Positions 38,907 through 49,800 are shown, counted from the stretch's first letter. The stretch is 64,000 nucleotides of DNA from Bacteroidota bacterium (GCA_024643795.1 JAHEMF010000110.1:22137-86136), one strand, 5' to 3'. The notes: generated from the letters alone by a model not told the origin. Numbers and translations are program-made.

Positions 38907-40925
38907 ATGAATAAACTTTTCAATCTTCTTTTTACGTTCATATTCACTTTGTTGCTGGGCACCACCTGTGTAAAAGCACAAACTTATCGTTCATGGGTGA
39001 ATGCCGGAGATCATGCTATGGCCACTGGCAGATATGCTGAAGCTGTGGATTATTATTCCAAGGCAATGGAATTTGAGGTGGAAGATGTGCGGTTATATTA
39101 CAATATGGCTCAGGTGAACCGCTTATATAATGATTATGAGAAAGCAGCAGCCTGGTATTTGAAAACATATTCGGACGACAAGGAAGGAAGCTTTGAATTA
39201 ACACCCTATTACATAGCAGATATGAAAATGTATCTGGGTCAATATGATGAAGCCGTTAAATTTTATAATATCTATCTGAGCAGTCATGGAGCTGACTCTT
39301 CATACTTTACCGTTAAGTCAAAAACTACGGTTAATGCAATAGAGGAATCCAAAAGTATTGCTTCATCCGATCAAAAAAATGTTGAAGTTGAAAACGCCGG
39401 CAACCGCATTAACTCTACATACAGCGATTTTGGAGGCATCACATTAGGTGATTCCATCCTGTATTATTCATCTCTGCGATTTAAATATGAAGATCGTGAG
39501 GATAAAAAAGCTGATACCAAATATGTGAGCAGAATTTTAAGATCAAAAGAAAAGGAAAAGAGTTTTGAAATTCCTGAACCACTTTTCATGCTTATCAATG
39601 AGCCTTCTGTACACAACTGCAATATTGCCATTAGTAAAGATCATCAGATCATGGTTTTTACCCGTTGCGACTATAAGGCAGATTTTACATTACGCTGCGA
39701 CCTGTTTATTTCAAAGTATCAGGATGGAAAATGGACTAAACCCACTCCATTTCCTGCTGAGGTGAATGATAAGGATTACACCAACACTCATCCTGCAATT
39801 GAAGCCATTGGAGCCGAAGGCTGGAATATATATTTCACATCTGACAAACCGGGTGGGTTCGGTAATCTTGATCTTTACAAAGTAAAGATCGATGCCAATC
39901 TTAATTTTTCAGTGGTTGAAAACCTCGGGGAGCCAATCAACACATTCGATGATGAGCTTTCGCCATTTTATGATTCTGAAAGAGATGTACTTTATTTCAG
40001 CAGTAACGGTTTAACCGGAATGGGCGGATATGATATCTTCTCATCAACTAATATCAACGGTACATTTCAGCGACCGGTAAATATGGGTCCACCTTATAAC
40101 TCATCAGTGAACGACCTTTATTTCACCCTGGGTAGTGACAGCACGTATGGTACACTTACATCTAACCGCATCGGGTCATATTATATACGATCTAAAACCT
40201 GTTGTTATGATATCTGGCTGCACAAGCAAACTTTTGAAGAGCCGGTATTAGCGGTTGATTCATCGTTGCAGCAAGGCGGAGGTATAGCGGCAGGTGTTGA
40301 AAATTCAGGCGATCCGATAGTACGGGCCACTTATGATGATCTTTTACCATTGATCTTATACTTTGAGAACGACCAGCCTAACCCAAAGAGTATGGCTACT
40401 ACAACTCAAATAAAGTATGACGACCTGTATAAAACCTATATTGCTAATTATCAAGATTATATGAGTGGCCACACCGACGGCTTATCGGGTGAGGATTACA
40501 AATTGGCTGCCACATCCATTGAATCATTTTTCAATAAAAAAGTGAAAGCTTCATACAAAAGGCTGGAAATATTCAGCAATAAAGTCCTCGAAGCTTTACA
40601 ACAAAATGCTGTTATTAAAATTACGGTAAGAGGCCAGGCAAGCCCCCTCGCCGATACTAAATACAACGTAAATTTGTCGAAAAGAAGGGTTGCCAGTCTT
40701 GTTAATTATTTGATGGCATTCAATGATGAGGCCTTACAGCCATATTTTAACACTAAAGCCCTGATAATTGAAGAAGTAGCGGCAGGGGAATCGTTATCTG
40801 CCAAAACAGTGAGCGATAATTTAAATGATAAGAGAAATTCGGTTTATAGCCCTGAGGCCTCGCAGGAAAGGCTGATTGAAGTTATAGATATCAAAATTGA
40901 TGTACCTGAACAAGAAGACGAATAA
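38907..40925 (+). CDS. PorE-like outer-membrane-associated protein (TPR + WD40/TolB-like beta-propeller + OmpA_C domain)
   Basis: 672 aa with a signal peptide. N-terminal TPR-like helices, a central beta-propeller-like repeat region, and a C-terminal OmpA-like peptidoglycan-binding segment (…KITVRGQASPLADTKYNVNLSKRRVASLVNYL…). Confidence 0.65.
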   Translation: MNKLFNLLFTFIFTLLLGTTCVKAQTYRSWVNAGDHAMATGRYAEAVDYYSKAMEFEVEDVRLYYNMAQVNRLYNDYEKAAAWYLKTYSDDKEGSFELTPYYIADMKMYLGQYDEAVKFYNIYLSSHGADSSYFTVKSKTTVNAIEESKSIASSDQKNVEVENAGNRINSTYSDFGGITLGDSILYYSSLRFKYEDREDKKADTKYVSRILRSKEKEKSFEIPEPLFMLINEPSVHNCNIAISKDHQIMVFTRCDYKADFTLRCDLFISKYQDGKWTKPTPFPAEVNDKDYTNTHPAIEAIGAEGWNIYFTSDKPGGFGNLDLYKVKIDANLNFSVVENLGEPINTFDDELSPFYDSERDVLYFSSNGLTGMGGYDIFSSTNINGTFQRPVNMGPPYNSSVNDLYFTLGSDSTYGTLTSNRIGSYYIRSKTCCYDIWLHKQTFEEPVLAVDSSLQQGGGIAAGVENSGDPIVRATYDDLLPLILYFENDQPNPKSMATTTQIKYDDLYKTYIANYQDYMSGHTDGLSGEDYKLAATSIESFFNKKVKASYKRLEIFSNKVLEALQQNAVIKITVRGQASPLADTKYNVNLSKRRVASLVNYLMAFNDEALQPYFNTKALIIEEVAAGESLSAKTVSDNLNDKRNSVYSPEASQERLIEVIDIKIDVPEQEDE

Positions 40926-40947
40926 CTGTTTTACCTTTTGCTATGCA

Positions 40948-42582
40948 ATGCTGCATAGATCTGTTTTTGTCTCCTTTATATTTCTTCTCATTTCATCAAA
41001 CAATTCAGCAGGGCAATCACTCATTCAAAACGGTGGCTTTGAACAACTATCCTCCTGCCCTTCCGCTCCAGGAGATATCAATCTTTCAATACCCTGGAAT
41101 GCTGCAGGTGGTAGTTCAGACCTCTTTGCCTTTTGTTATGTTAATCCAGGTTCACCCGGATGCAATGATGTAGGAGTACCAATAAATTTTGCAGGTAATG
41201 CACAGGCTCATTCCGGAAGCTGCTATGCGGGTATCATCTCATACCGTTCAACATCGGTCTCCAGATCTTATCTTCAAATACCTATATCTCAAACCCTAAC
41301 CAAAGATTCTTTATATAGGGTCAATGCATGGATCAGGCGTTCATCAGGCTCAAAGTTTGCAACCAACAGTCTGGGATTTGCATTCAGCACTGCTCCTTTG
41401 AACCAATCCGGTAGCAGCCCTATTCTTGTACCTCCTCAGCTTGAAATAACTCAAGTACTAGCCGATACATCAAACTGGTTCCTATATGAAGATTATTATG
41501 TTGCTACAGGTATAGAATCTTATTTGACCATAGGAAATTTCAGGGATGATCCATCCACAAACTTTGTAAACTTCGGAGTTGCTCCCAACAATTGTGTAAC
41601 CATGAACGAACTGGCTTATTATTATGTAGATGATATCAGCCTACAAAAGGTAACCGAATCACTTTCAATATCGGGAGATACTTTACTGTGCACCGGAGAA
41701 AGCACAACACTTATTGGTTTCTCAACTACGCAGGGATACTGGTCAACACAGGCATTACCAACTGATACTTTGGCGAATGGAAACAATGTACTATCAATTA
41801 CCCCAGCTAATACTACGGCGTACTTATGGCACGGATTGGGCAACACCATCCCGGTAACGGTATATGTAAACCCACCTCCTTCATTTTCATTGGGTGCCGA
41901 TACAACAGTTTGTTCTAATGATACAATTCCTTTGTCGGTAAATCTTGCAGGAGTAAATTACCTGTGGTCAACCGGATCAACAGCATCTTCAATTGATGCT
42001 ACAGCTCCCGGTATTTACATTTTAACCGTTTCACTCAAAGGATGTGAAGTTCGGGATACAATTACTATCAGTGACAAACCTGTCCCACCAATAGTACTGA
42101 ACCAAGACACCACTGTGTGTAAAGGTGTGAAGGAGGTTACACTCGATGCAGGTATAGCTAGTACATATTTATGGTATCCGGGAGGTGAGTCCACTCAGCT
42201 CATTACAGTTACTGATCCCGGTATTTATTCTGTTCAAACAGTGTTAGCTAATGGCTGCGACAATTCAGCCTCGGTAAGAATTGCCGAATTATGTGAGGAC
42301 CTCCTCTTTGTTCCGGGGGCCTTCACCCCCAACGGTGATGGCAAGAATGATGTCTTTTATGCACAAGGAACCGGCATATTCGATCTTAACATTGCCATAT
42401 TCAACAGATGGGGCCAGCAGGTCTTTGAATCATCCGCCATCACAGTCCCATGGGATGGCACCTTTAATGGAAAGGACTGTCCATCAGGAAATTACAGTTA
42501 TATTATTAAGTATACCGGAAATGGTCCTGGAAATAAGCCTAAGCCGAAAACCACATACGGCACTTTTATCCTTTTCCGCTAA
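40948..42582 (+). CDS. T9SS type B cargo protein (distinct N-terminal domain + Ig-like repeats + gliding-motility C-terminal domain)
   Basis: The start is uncertain. The ORF opens at 40897, but the internal Met (MLHRSVFVSFIFLLISSNNSAGQ) gives a better signal peptide and removes the overlap. The C-terminus LLFVPGAFTPNGDGKNDVF…NRWGQQVF…GTFILFR is the CHU_C domain. Confidence 0.75.
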   Translation: MLHRSVFVSFIFLLISSNNSAGQSLIQNGGFEQLSSCPSAPGDINLSIPWNAAGGSSDLFAFCYVNPGSPGCNDVGVPINFAGNAQAHSGSCYAGIISYRSTSVSRSYLQIPISQTLTKDSLYRVNAWIRRSSGSKFATNSLGFAFSTAPLNQSGSSPILVPPQLEITQVLADTSNWFLYEDYYVATGIESYLTIGNFRDDPSTNFVNFGVAPNNCVTMNELAYYYVDDISLQKVTESLSISGDTLLCTGESTTLIGFSTTQGYWSTQALPTDTLANGNNVLSITPANTTAYLWHGLGNTIPVTVYVNPPPSFSLGADTTVCSNDTIPLSVNLAGVNYLWSTGSTASSIDATAPGIYILTVSLKGCEVRDTITISDKPVPPIVLNQDTTVCKGVKEVTLDAGIASTYLWYPGGESTQLITVTDPGIYSVQTVLANGCDNSASVRIAELCEDLLFVPGAFTPNGDGKNDVFYAQGTGIFDLNIAIFNRWGQQVFESSAITVPWDGTFNGKDCPSGNYSYIIKYTGNGPGNKPKPKTTYGTFILFR

Positions 42583-42653
42583 TAACAAATAAGCATAGGG
42601 ATGTTGAAATCCTTTTAGATCCCTGAATAAACAAGTTTGGAAATGGACTAATT

Positions 42654-45299
42654 TTGGGTGGTAATAATGTTATATTTAAAACTATCAGCGAATCAACACA
42701 TAATAAGGACGATAATTTCAGCGGAGGAGATCTGGTAAAGAATCTGGTTGAAACTGCCATTGCTATAAGGGATACCGAACCGGGGCAATCTGAAGAAGTA
42801 TTAACCAAGGCATTGAATCTTGCCAGGAATATCCCTGATGACAGAAGTATAGCTATTTGCCTGAGTGAACTAGCCGTACATCTGATCTCTCGTAACGACA
42901 TCAAAGGTGGTTTGGCATTTTATGATGAAGCTGCCTGTATTTTTGAACAAATTGAAAAGCTTGAAGATGCTGTTAGTTGTTACCGTAAGCTTAGTGAGAT
43001 CCAGTCAGGGATCAGCAATTTCAAGGATGCACTTGACACTGAATTAAAGGCGCTCCGTTTGATCAAGATATACAATGATCCACTTCAGGAAGCGAATGGT
43101 CAGAACAGGATCGGAGAAATCCTTAAAAACATTGGAGATTATAAAAAGGCAATAAGCCATCATGAAATGGCGCTGGAAATTACCGGCGAGGTTGGAGATA
43201 AATCTCTCATGTCGGCCACATGCTTTTACATTGGTAACTGTTACAACTGGGTGAATGAGTTGGATATGGCTTACAACTACCTTGACAGGGCCCTTACCAT
43301 TGCCGAAGATCTTAAAGATAAATCGTTGCAGGTAAAACCTACAGGTAGTTTGGCGATACTGTACACCAAGCTAAGAGAATATGATAAAGCCCTCGATTAT
43401 TTTTTCAGAGCCATAGAGTTAGCCAATGCTCTTGGCAATAAATTATTGAAGGCTGACCTGCTCCAACATCTTGGAAAGTTACATCTGGAAACCAGAAAAT
43501 ATGAAGATGCATTGTCGGTTTTAGATGAATCACTCAACATAGTAAATGAAGAAGAGGTAAAAGCTCCGTTGGGTCAGATCTATATGCTGCTGGCGGAGGT
43601 TTATGAAAAAAAGGGCGACTTCAGAGAAGCTTTGAATTATTATAAAAAGTTCATGGTCATTTCCGGCGATGTGGTAAATGAAGAGGTTGCATTAAAATCA
43701 AAAGGTCTGCAATTGAAGTATGATTTTGAAGAGCTGAGAAAAGAAAAAGATCTTGCAGAACGAACAGTAAGGTTAAAAGATGAGTTTATCGCTAACCTTA
43801 GTCATGAGATCCGTACACCGCTCAACGGTGTATTGGGTATGGCCGGACTGCTTGGTGACACCAAACCTACTCCGGAACAACTGGAATATATAAATACCAT
43901 AAAGCTATCGGCTAATAATCTCATTGGTATAATCAATGACCTGTTAGAGTTTTCAAATATTCAGGCCGGACGTGTTGTTTTTGAAAAGAAAGAATTTAAT
44001 CTTAAAGATTCTATTGTTGGCGTACTGCAGATGTATAAGGTAAAAGCAGACGAAAAGAATATCAGACTTGAGCACAACATTCAAAACAATTTACCGGATA
44101 CTATTATTGGTGATTCAACCCGCTTGAATCAGATCTTGTTGAATCTGGTGAACAATAGTGTGAAATTCACCGAAAGCGGTAGTATTAAAATACATGTCAG
44201 TTTAGTATCTACTGAAGGTCTTGATATCAAATTATTATTTGAAGTTACTGATACCGGTGTAGGGATTCCTCAGGACAAACTTGACTCTATCTTTGAAAGC
44301 TTTACCCAGGTTTCCGATGATACCAGTAAATTATATGGTGGTACCGGACTTGGACTTGCAATTGTAAAACAACTTACCGAGTTACAAAAGGGTTCGATAA
44401 GTGTGGTAAGTGCATCCGGAAAGGGCAGCTCATTTAAGGTTGAGCTTCCGTTCCGACTAAAAGAACCTGTTAAAACGCCCTCAGGAGGTAGAAAGGGAGC
44501 TGGTGTTCCGGCGCGAGACCTTACCGGTGTTTCTGTTTTGTTAGTTGAAGATAACAAGGTTAACCAGTTTCTTGCCCAGAAGTTGCTTTCAAAAATGGGA
44601 TTCAATGTTGAACTGGCAAGCAGCGGAAAGGAAGCACTTCAGTTTCTGAACAATGGAAATACTTGTGATGTGATACTTATGGATGTTCAGATGCCAGAGA
44701 TGACAGGTTATGAACTAACAAAAAACATACGATCTCTTCACAACAAGAGCATAAGCAGCATCCCTATAATAGCCTTGACCGCCTATGCATCTGCCAATGA
44801 AAAAGAAAAAGCTAGGTTGGCCGGGATGGATGAATACCTTACTAAACCATATAGTCCAAACGAGTTGTTATCTGTGATCATGAAAGTGACGGCCAAATCA
44901 GAAGCTGAAAACAACTCAATGGTGAACGATGAAGTTCAGCCTCAGACCATAAGAGATTCAACCGAAAAACTAGTCACTCTTTTTGGTGGAAACAGATCTG
45001 ATGTACTGAGTTTGTTGCAAATGCTTGTTGTTCAGATTCCACAGATCGTTGATGAAATGGGCCAACAAATCAAGATTGGAAACTGGGCTGCGACATTCCA
45101 GTCAGCACACAAATTAAAGTCATCACTCGGTTTACTGAAGATCAAATCACTCTCGAATCTGATCACAGAAATAGAAGAGTATTCACGTGACAAGGGTGAC
45201 CCTGAAAGGATCACCCCACTATATAATAAATTTCAATTATTGGCCAACCAAACAGTAGCGCTGATAAAAAGTGAGATAGTTAGGTTGAAGCAAAATTAG
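42654..45299 (+). CDS. hybrid sensor histidine kinase (TPR repeats + HisKA + HATPase + receiver + Hpt)
   Basis: 881 aa. N-terminal TPR array, H-box SHEIRTPLNGVLG, HATPase G-boxes (DTGVGIP…GGTGLGLAIV), a REC domain (LLVEDNKVNQ…DVQMPEMTG) and a C-terminal Hpt-like helix bundle. Confidence 0.85.
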   Translation: MGGNNVIFKTISESTHNKDDNFSGGDLVKNLVETAIAIRDTEPGQSEEVLTKALNLARNIPDDRSIAICLSELAVHLISRNDIKGGLAFYDEAACIFEQIEKLEDAVSCYRKLSEIQSGISNFKDALDTELKALRLIKIYNDPLQEANGQNRIGEILKNIGDYKKAISHHEMALEITGEVGDKSLMSATCFYIGNCYNWVNELDMAYNYLDRALTIAEDLKDKSLQVKPTGSLAILYTKLREYDKALDYFFRAIELANALGNKLLKADLLQHLGKLHLETRKYEDALSVLDESLNIVNEEEVKAPLGQIYMLLAEVYEKKGDFREALNYYKKFMVISGDVVNEEVALKSKGLQLKYDFEELRKEKDLAERTVRLKDEFIANLSHEIRTPLNGVLGMAGLLGDTKPTPEQLEYINTIKLSANNLIGIINDLLEFSNIQAGRVVFEKKEFNLKDSIVGVLQMYKVKADEKNIRLEHNIQNNLPDTIIGDSTRLNQILLNLVNNSVKFTESGSIKIHVSLVSTEGLDIKLLFEVTDTGVGIPQDKLDSIFESFTQVSDDTSKLYGGTGLGLAIVKQLTELQKGSISVVSASGKGSSFKVELPFRLKEPVKTPSGGRKGAGVPARDLTGVSVLLVEDNKVNQFLAQKLLSKMGFNVELASSGKEALQFLNNGNTCDVILMDVQMPEMTGYELTKNIRSLHNKSISSIPIIALTAYASANEKEKARLAGMDEYLTKPYSPNELLSVIMKVTAKSEAENNSMVNDEVQPQTIRDSTEKLVTLFGGNRSDVLSLLQMLVVQIPQIVDEMGQQIKIGNWAATFQSAHKLKSSLGLLKIKSLSNLITEIEEYSRDKGDPERITPLYNKFQLLANQTVALIKSEIVRLKQN

Positions 45300-45300
45300 A

Positions 45301-46164
45301 TCATCCCAAATAAGCTTTGAGCAGTTTACTTCTTGAATTATGACGTAACCTGCGAATGGCTTTCTCTTTTATCTGCCTTACTCGCTCCTTTGTAAGATCG
45401 AACTTTGCTCCTATCTCCTCCAAAGTATAGCTGTGATTACAATCAATACCATAAAACAACTTCACTACGTCACTCTCCCTTTGAGTAAGTGTGCTGAGTG
45501 AACGATTGATCTCTTGTCTTAGTGATTCAGACATGAGCAATTTATCAGCCCTTGGAGAATCAGGGTTTTCGAGTACATCGAGCAAGCTATGCTCTTCACC
45601 TGCGATGAAAGGAGCATCCATAGAAACATGTTTGCCCGATATCTTAATAGTATTGTTCACACTCTCTTCAGGAACATCCAGCTCCTGCGACAATTCTGAA
45701 GAATTGGGCTCACGCTCATATTTTTGTTCCAGTATTGCAAATGCTTTTTTGATCTTATTTACAGATCCAAGCTGATTTATTGGTAATCTGACGATCCTGG
45801 ATTGTTCTGCCAGAGCCTGCATGATAGACTGACGGATCCACCAAACAGCATAGGATATGAATTTAAAACCACGAGTTTCATCAAACCTCTTGGCAGCTTT
45901 TATAAGTCCCAGGTTTCCTTCGTTTATAAGGTCGGGTAAACTCAATCCCTGATTCTGATACTGCTTTGCCACCGAAACAACAAACCTTAAGTTGGCCTTG
46001 GTAAGCTTTTCCAACGCAGCCTGATCACCCTGCTTAATCCTTCGAGCTAATTTAACTTCATCCTCAGCAGTTATCAGATCTTCACGGCCGATCTCCTGTA
46101 AATACTTCTCAAGAGAGGCATTCTCCCTATTGGTAATGGATTTAGTAATTTTTAGTTGTCTCAT
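45301..46164 (-). CDS. rpoD: RNA polymerase primary sigma factor, short Bacteroidota-type sigma-A
   Basis: 287 aa with region 2 (…[13 protein letters not shown]…), region 3, and region 4.2 (…[29 protein letters not shown]). Confidence 0.85.
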   Translation of the reverse strand: MRQLKITKSITNRENASLEKYLQEIGREDLITAEDEVKLARRIKQGDQAALEKLTKANLRFVVSVAKQYQNQGLSLPDLINEGNLGLIKAAKRFDETRGFKFISYAVWWIRQSIMQALAEQSRIVRLPINQLGSVNKIKKAFAILEQKYEREPNSSELSQELDVPEESVNNTIKISGKHVSMDAPFIAGEEHSLLDVLENPDSPRADKLLMSESLRQEINRSLSTLTQRESDVVKLFYGIDCNHSYTLEEIGAKFDLTKERVRQIKEKAIRRLRHNSRSKLLKAYLG

Positions 46165-46227
46165 AGTGCTTAGGTTGATTTATAATGGTTTGGTTTGGTT
46201 CACTTTCAAGTATATCTTACTATTTGA

Positions 46228-47430
46228 TCAAGGCATATTCATGATCTTATTTTTAAGTTCAGATGTTTCACTATAGTCTTCTTTACTTTTCTGCGCTAGT
46301 TCTATCGCTTTGTTACATGCAGACAATGCTTGTTGTTTATTACCCGCTTTAAAATGTACAGCGGCCAAAGTATCATAATTGTAATAACCGGGATCAACTT
46401 CTACAGATGTCTCTGCCCACTTAATAGCTTTATCCAAATATTCTTTCTTATCTACATTTTCATAAAAAGACCATGCATATTTATTTAACATTCTTGCATC
46501 CTTTGTAGGGTATTTATTCAGGTATTCAATAAGGTTTGAAGCATATACATCGTAGTTCTTTTCAAACCTGGCATTTTCAAAATTCATGTAAAGCTGAACC
46601 CTGTCTCTGATATCATCATTTAACCCAGTGCTTGATTCTCTTATGGCAGCGATCTTTGTCTCATCATGAGTACGAAGTGTCCGATTAAATCCGGATTGAT
46701 ATGTTAGCATCAGTTTATTATCAACTTCTTCTTTCCCAAATGCTGAAACAAATTCAGGGTAATTCGAATTGATGGTTTTAATAGCAGTAGATGTTGGGTC
46801 GTTAACATGGTTCATGATAAGTTGCCAGTTTTTGTCTTCCATGCATTGAGTCGCATTCTTTTCTGAAAAATATTGTTCAATGGCAGATGAATTATCCATA
46901 CAGGCATTTCTGTATGTCACCAACATAGCGTTCATTTCTTCTGCTGATGCTTTTGCTCCATCGAAGCTTGCAATGATATCCTTCAAACGCTTTCCTTCTG
47001 TTTTAGCGTTTCTCCCCTCTTCTATGAAATTATCAACTTCTCTATAACCACATACCCGGTGTACCATATTGCTATTTGCATCCACATAAAGCAAAGTAGG
47101 GTAAGCCTGAACTTCAAATAAACTGGCAAGCTCAATGCCCTCACCTATTTCCATGTCAATCTTTGCATTGATGAAGTTGGAGTTGTAATAGTCGGCCACC
47201 TGCTTGTCTGTAAAAATATCAGCAGACATCCTTTTGCAAGGACCGCACCATGAAGCATACGCATCAAGAAAAATGATCTTGTTTTCCTTTTTTGCTTTAT
47301 CAACTATAGATTGCCAATTACCGGACTCAAATTCAATACCTGTTGTTCCCGGATCTTCTGCTTTTACATGCTGATTAAACAAAACTCCGATTGAAACCAA
47401 AAGGAATGTTGATAAGCGAATGAGATTCAT
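46228..47430 (-). CDS. thioredoxin-fold protein with a C-terminal TPR-like region
   Basis: Start taken at MNLIRLSTFLLVSIGVLF (a signal peptide); the ORF extends to 47463. It has a thioredoxin active site WCGPCK and TPR-like helices at the C-terminus. Confidence 0.6.
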   Translation of the reverse strand: MNLIRLSTFLLVSIGVLFNQHVKAEDPGTTGIEFESGNWQSIVDKAKKENKIIFLDAYASWCGPCKRMSADIFTDKQVADYYNSNFINAKIDMEIGEGIELASLFEVQAYPTLLYVDANSNMVHRVCGYREVDNFIEEGRNAKTEGKRLKDIIASFDGAKASAEEMNAMLVTYRNACMDNSSAIEQYFSEKNATQCMEDKNWQLIMNHVNDPTSTAIKTINSNYPEFVSAFGKEEVDNKLMLTYQSGFNRTLRTHDETKIAAIRESSTGLNDDIRDRVQLYMNFENARFEKNYDVYASNLIEYLNKYPTKDARMLNKYAWSFYENVDKKEYLDKAIKWAETSVEVDPGYYNYDTLAAVHFKAGNKQQALSACNKAIELAQKSKEDYSETSELKNKIMNMP

Positions 47431-47478
47431 TATTTTTCTTTGAGTATTTCTTAACAAAATCATTTTTTCTTTTGAGGT

Positions 47479-48531
47479 TTATTGCTTTTTCAATCTTTCT
47501 ATAGTACTACTGATCCTTTTTTTCTGGCCTTCAGGGGCGGAGGCTAATGCTTTTTCATAATTGGCTATAGCCGATTTATAATCTCCATTCAATGCTTGTG
47601 CTTCGGCAAGGCTGTCATATACATTCCAGGATTTTGGGTATTTATTGACATTTGTTTTAAAAACTAAGATTGCATCATCAACTTTGTTTTGACCCAATAA
47701 TTGATAACCATGTGTATTGAGTTGATTCTCATTTGCAAGTGACAAGGCCTTATCCATTAGCTGTGCTGATTCAGCTTGCTTACCCTCTATTTTTAAAAGT
47801 CCTGATTTAACCCGAAGGTTATTATAGTTCTCTTGCCGTGCTATTGACTGGTCGATCCATTTGCCAGCTTGCTCGAGTTCAAAATTGTTTTGCAGGCAAT
47901 AGTTGGCAGCCTGATATGGGCCTTCCCATGAAAATCCGGCTAGGCCTCTTAGTTCATTCTTGTTTGACTCAAACACAGTTTTGTTAACATCCACTTTCAT
48001 CGTGACCGGTACCGCTATCTTTTCCCAACGTAAGGTAAGTTCTGTTGATGAAGCAGTAATGTTATCAAATGAATAACTCAGCCATTCCTGATGGGGAATT
48101 GCCTTAGCAGAAACATTAACCCGCAAGGCATCTTCAGATTCTTCATAGAAGTAACTGCCCCACGATGAAGAGTTATTTGAAAAAATGATAGTCCACTGTC
48201 CGGCAGTTGGAATCATATGCAAACCATAAGTTCCGGCAGCCAGCTTCTTACCTTCAACCGTTATATCTGTTGAAGTGATAAAAACCGTGTTTTCATTGGC
48301 TCCTGCACGCCAGACCTCATTGTAAGGAACCAGATCGTCCCATATTTTACGCTCTTTGACTAACGGACTATGATAAATGACTTTTAAGGCAGTGAGGCCG
48401 ACCTCCTGCATAACCTTGGCCTTCTGACTGACTTCTGGATAGGTCAGATCCTGACCGCATACTGATATAGTAAACCCGGGTAACAGCAATACTGTCACTA
48501 AAAACAATTTAAAATTTCTCATCATCTTCAT
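47479..48531 (-). CDS. DUF2911-like secreted protein with C-terminal TPR repeats
   Basis: 350 aa with a signal peptide. An N-terminal beta-rich domain resembles DUF2911, and a C-terminal TPR region is present (…YQLLGQNKVDDAILVFKTNVNKYPKSWNVYDSLAEAQ…). Confidence 0.5.
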   Translation of the reverse strand: MKMMRNFKLFLVTVLLLPGFTISVCGQDLTYPEVSQKAKVMQEVGLTALKVIYHSPLVKERKIWDDLVPYNEVWRAGANENTVFITSTDITVEGKKLAAGTYGLHMIPTAGQWTIIFSNNSSSWGSYFYEESEDALRVNVSAKAIPHQEWLSYSFDNITASSTELTLRWEKIAVPVTMKVDVNKTVFESNKNELRGLAGFSWEGPYQAANYCLQNNFELEQAGKWIDQSIARQENYNNLRVKSGLLKIEGKQAESAQLMDKALSLANENQLNTHGYQLLGQNKVDDAILVFKTNVNKYPKSWNVYDSLAEAQALNGDYKSAIANYEKALASAPEGQKKRISSTIERLKKQ

Positions 48532-48668
48532 AATTAAATGGTTCTACATAAACTGGCTTCCGCCATAATTAAACTTTAGAACATCTGCGCAATATGAGGA
48601 TGCTAAAGGTGATGGTTGGTTTGTACTATTTTGGTCTTACCTTAATATCATTGTGTTACTTCAGGCCT

Positions 48669-48980
48669 CTAGCCATTAACTATATTATTACTGATAAAAA
48701 CTTGGGGATAATATAAATTTGATTCAACAGCCCCTGGAGAATGATGAACCTGATTATTTGAAATTTTATCAACTACGTTGAAAGTTGAAGCAGATGAAAA
48801 GTAAAAGCCTTTCCCTGAAAAAGGATACATTGTATTGCCGGTATATTCAAAACTCCTGCTAACATTCGAGTAGGTAAAAACATACTCCAAGGCTACAGTT
48901 TGAGCTGATACCTTGTTGTTAACTGAATAGAAAATAAAAAACTCGGCAAGACCATCTGAAAGTTGAAGGTCCGTAGTCAT
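48669..48980 (-). CDS. hypothetical small protein (103 aa)
   Basis: ORF only. Beta-rich Y/F/S composition. No motif recognised. Confidence 0.25.
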   Translation of the reverse strand: MTTDLQLSDGLAEFFIFYSVNNKVSAQTVALEYVFTYSNVSRSFEYTGNTMYPFSGKGFYFSSASTFNVVDKISNNQVHHSPGAVESNLYYPQVFISNNIVNG

Positions 48981-49077
48981 TAGGTTTTGTTTGTAATTAA
49001 CGAATATAGCAAAAATTACAAACTAAACAAGGGTTTCAGAAACTAAATACTAAAAACACTAATAATTTGATTATCAA

Positions 49078-49323
49078 TCACTTTCTACCATCAGAGTGTA
49101 TCTTCGATGCTTGTGAACCGAAAACAGCCTGCCTTTTTTGATTAACAATATTCCATTCTTGTGATAAAAAAGGTTCTTCCAATGGCGGTAGAACTCCAAA
49201 CTCGAACCAAATCAATGGCTCCTCCCCCATGATGGATTCTATGAGACGGTAATTCTTATCAATGTTATCAATGAGTCCTCGGTCTGTATCCGAGAGACTA
49301 CTCAAATCTTTTGAGGGGGCCAT
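49078..49323 (-). CDS. hypothetical small protein (81 aa)
   Basis: ORF only. Acidic. No motif recognised. Confidence 0.25.
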   Translation of the reverse strand: MAPSKDLSSLSDTDRGLIDNIDKNYRLIESIMGEEPLIWFEFGVLPPLEEPFLSQEWNIVNQKRQAVFGSQASKIHSDGRK

Positions 49324-49431
49324 GATTTGATTTATTTTGTTGTAAGCCTAGATTAGCTAAATTAGAATATCAAGCCGAAAGGCCGAAGAATTACGAAAAA
49401 AGAATTGACCTAATTATTAACAACCGACTAT

Positions 49432-49800
49432 TTAATCGTTGTCTTTCCCCAGATCGTCAAATTCAACGTCCGTAAATCTTGACGTTGAACTGTTTTCAGT
49501 TTTTTCTGAAACATCTTCAGGAGCAGACTGTTCTGGTTGATTCTCGCGGATGTGCGTGATAGCTTCGTTAAGCCCGTCCATGAACTTCTCGAAATCTTCT
49601 TTGTAAAGAAAAAGCTTGTGCTTTTCATAAAATGGCTTGTCACTCCCATCGTTCATCCTTTTCTTACTCTCTGTGATGGTAAGGTAGTAGTCGTTCGACC
49701 GGGTAGACCGTACATCAAAGAAATACGTTCGCTTACCAGCCCTCACTGCCTTTGAAAAAATATCTCCATTCTGCTCATTACTGTTTGTAAAATCAGCCAT
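49432..49800 (-). CDS. PUR-alpha-like nucleic-acid-binding protein (DUF3276 family)
   Basis: 122 aa with a PUR-repeat-like motif KRTYFFDVRSTRSNDYYLTITES and an acidic C-terminal tail. Confidence 0.5.
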   Translation of the reverse strand: MADFTNSNEQNGDIFSKAVRAGKRTYFFDVRSTRSNDYYLTITESKKRMNDGSDKPFYEKHKLFLYKEDFEKFMDGLNEAITHIRENQPEQSAPEDVSEKTENSSTSRFTDVEFDDLGKDND

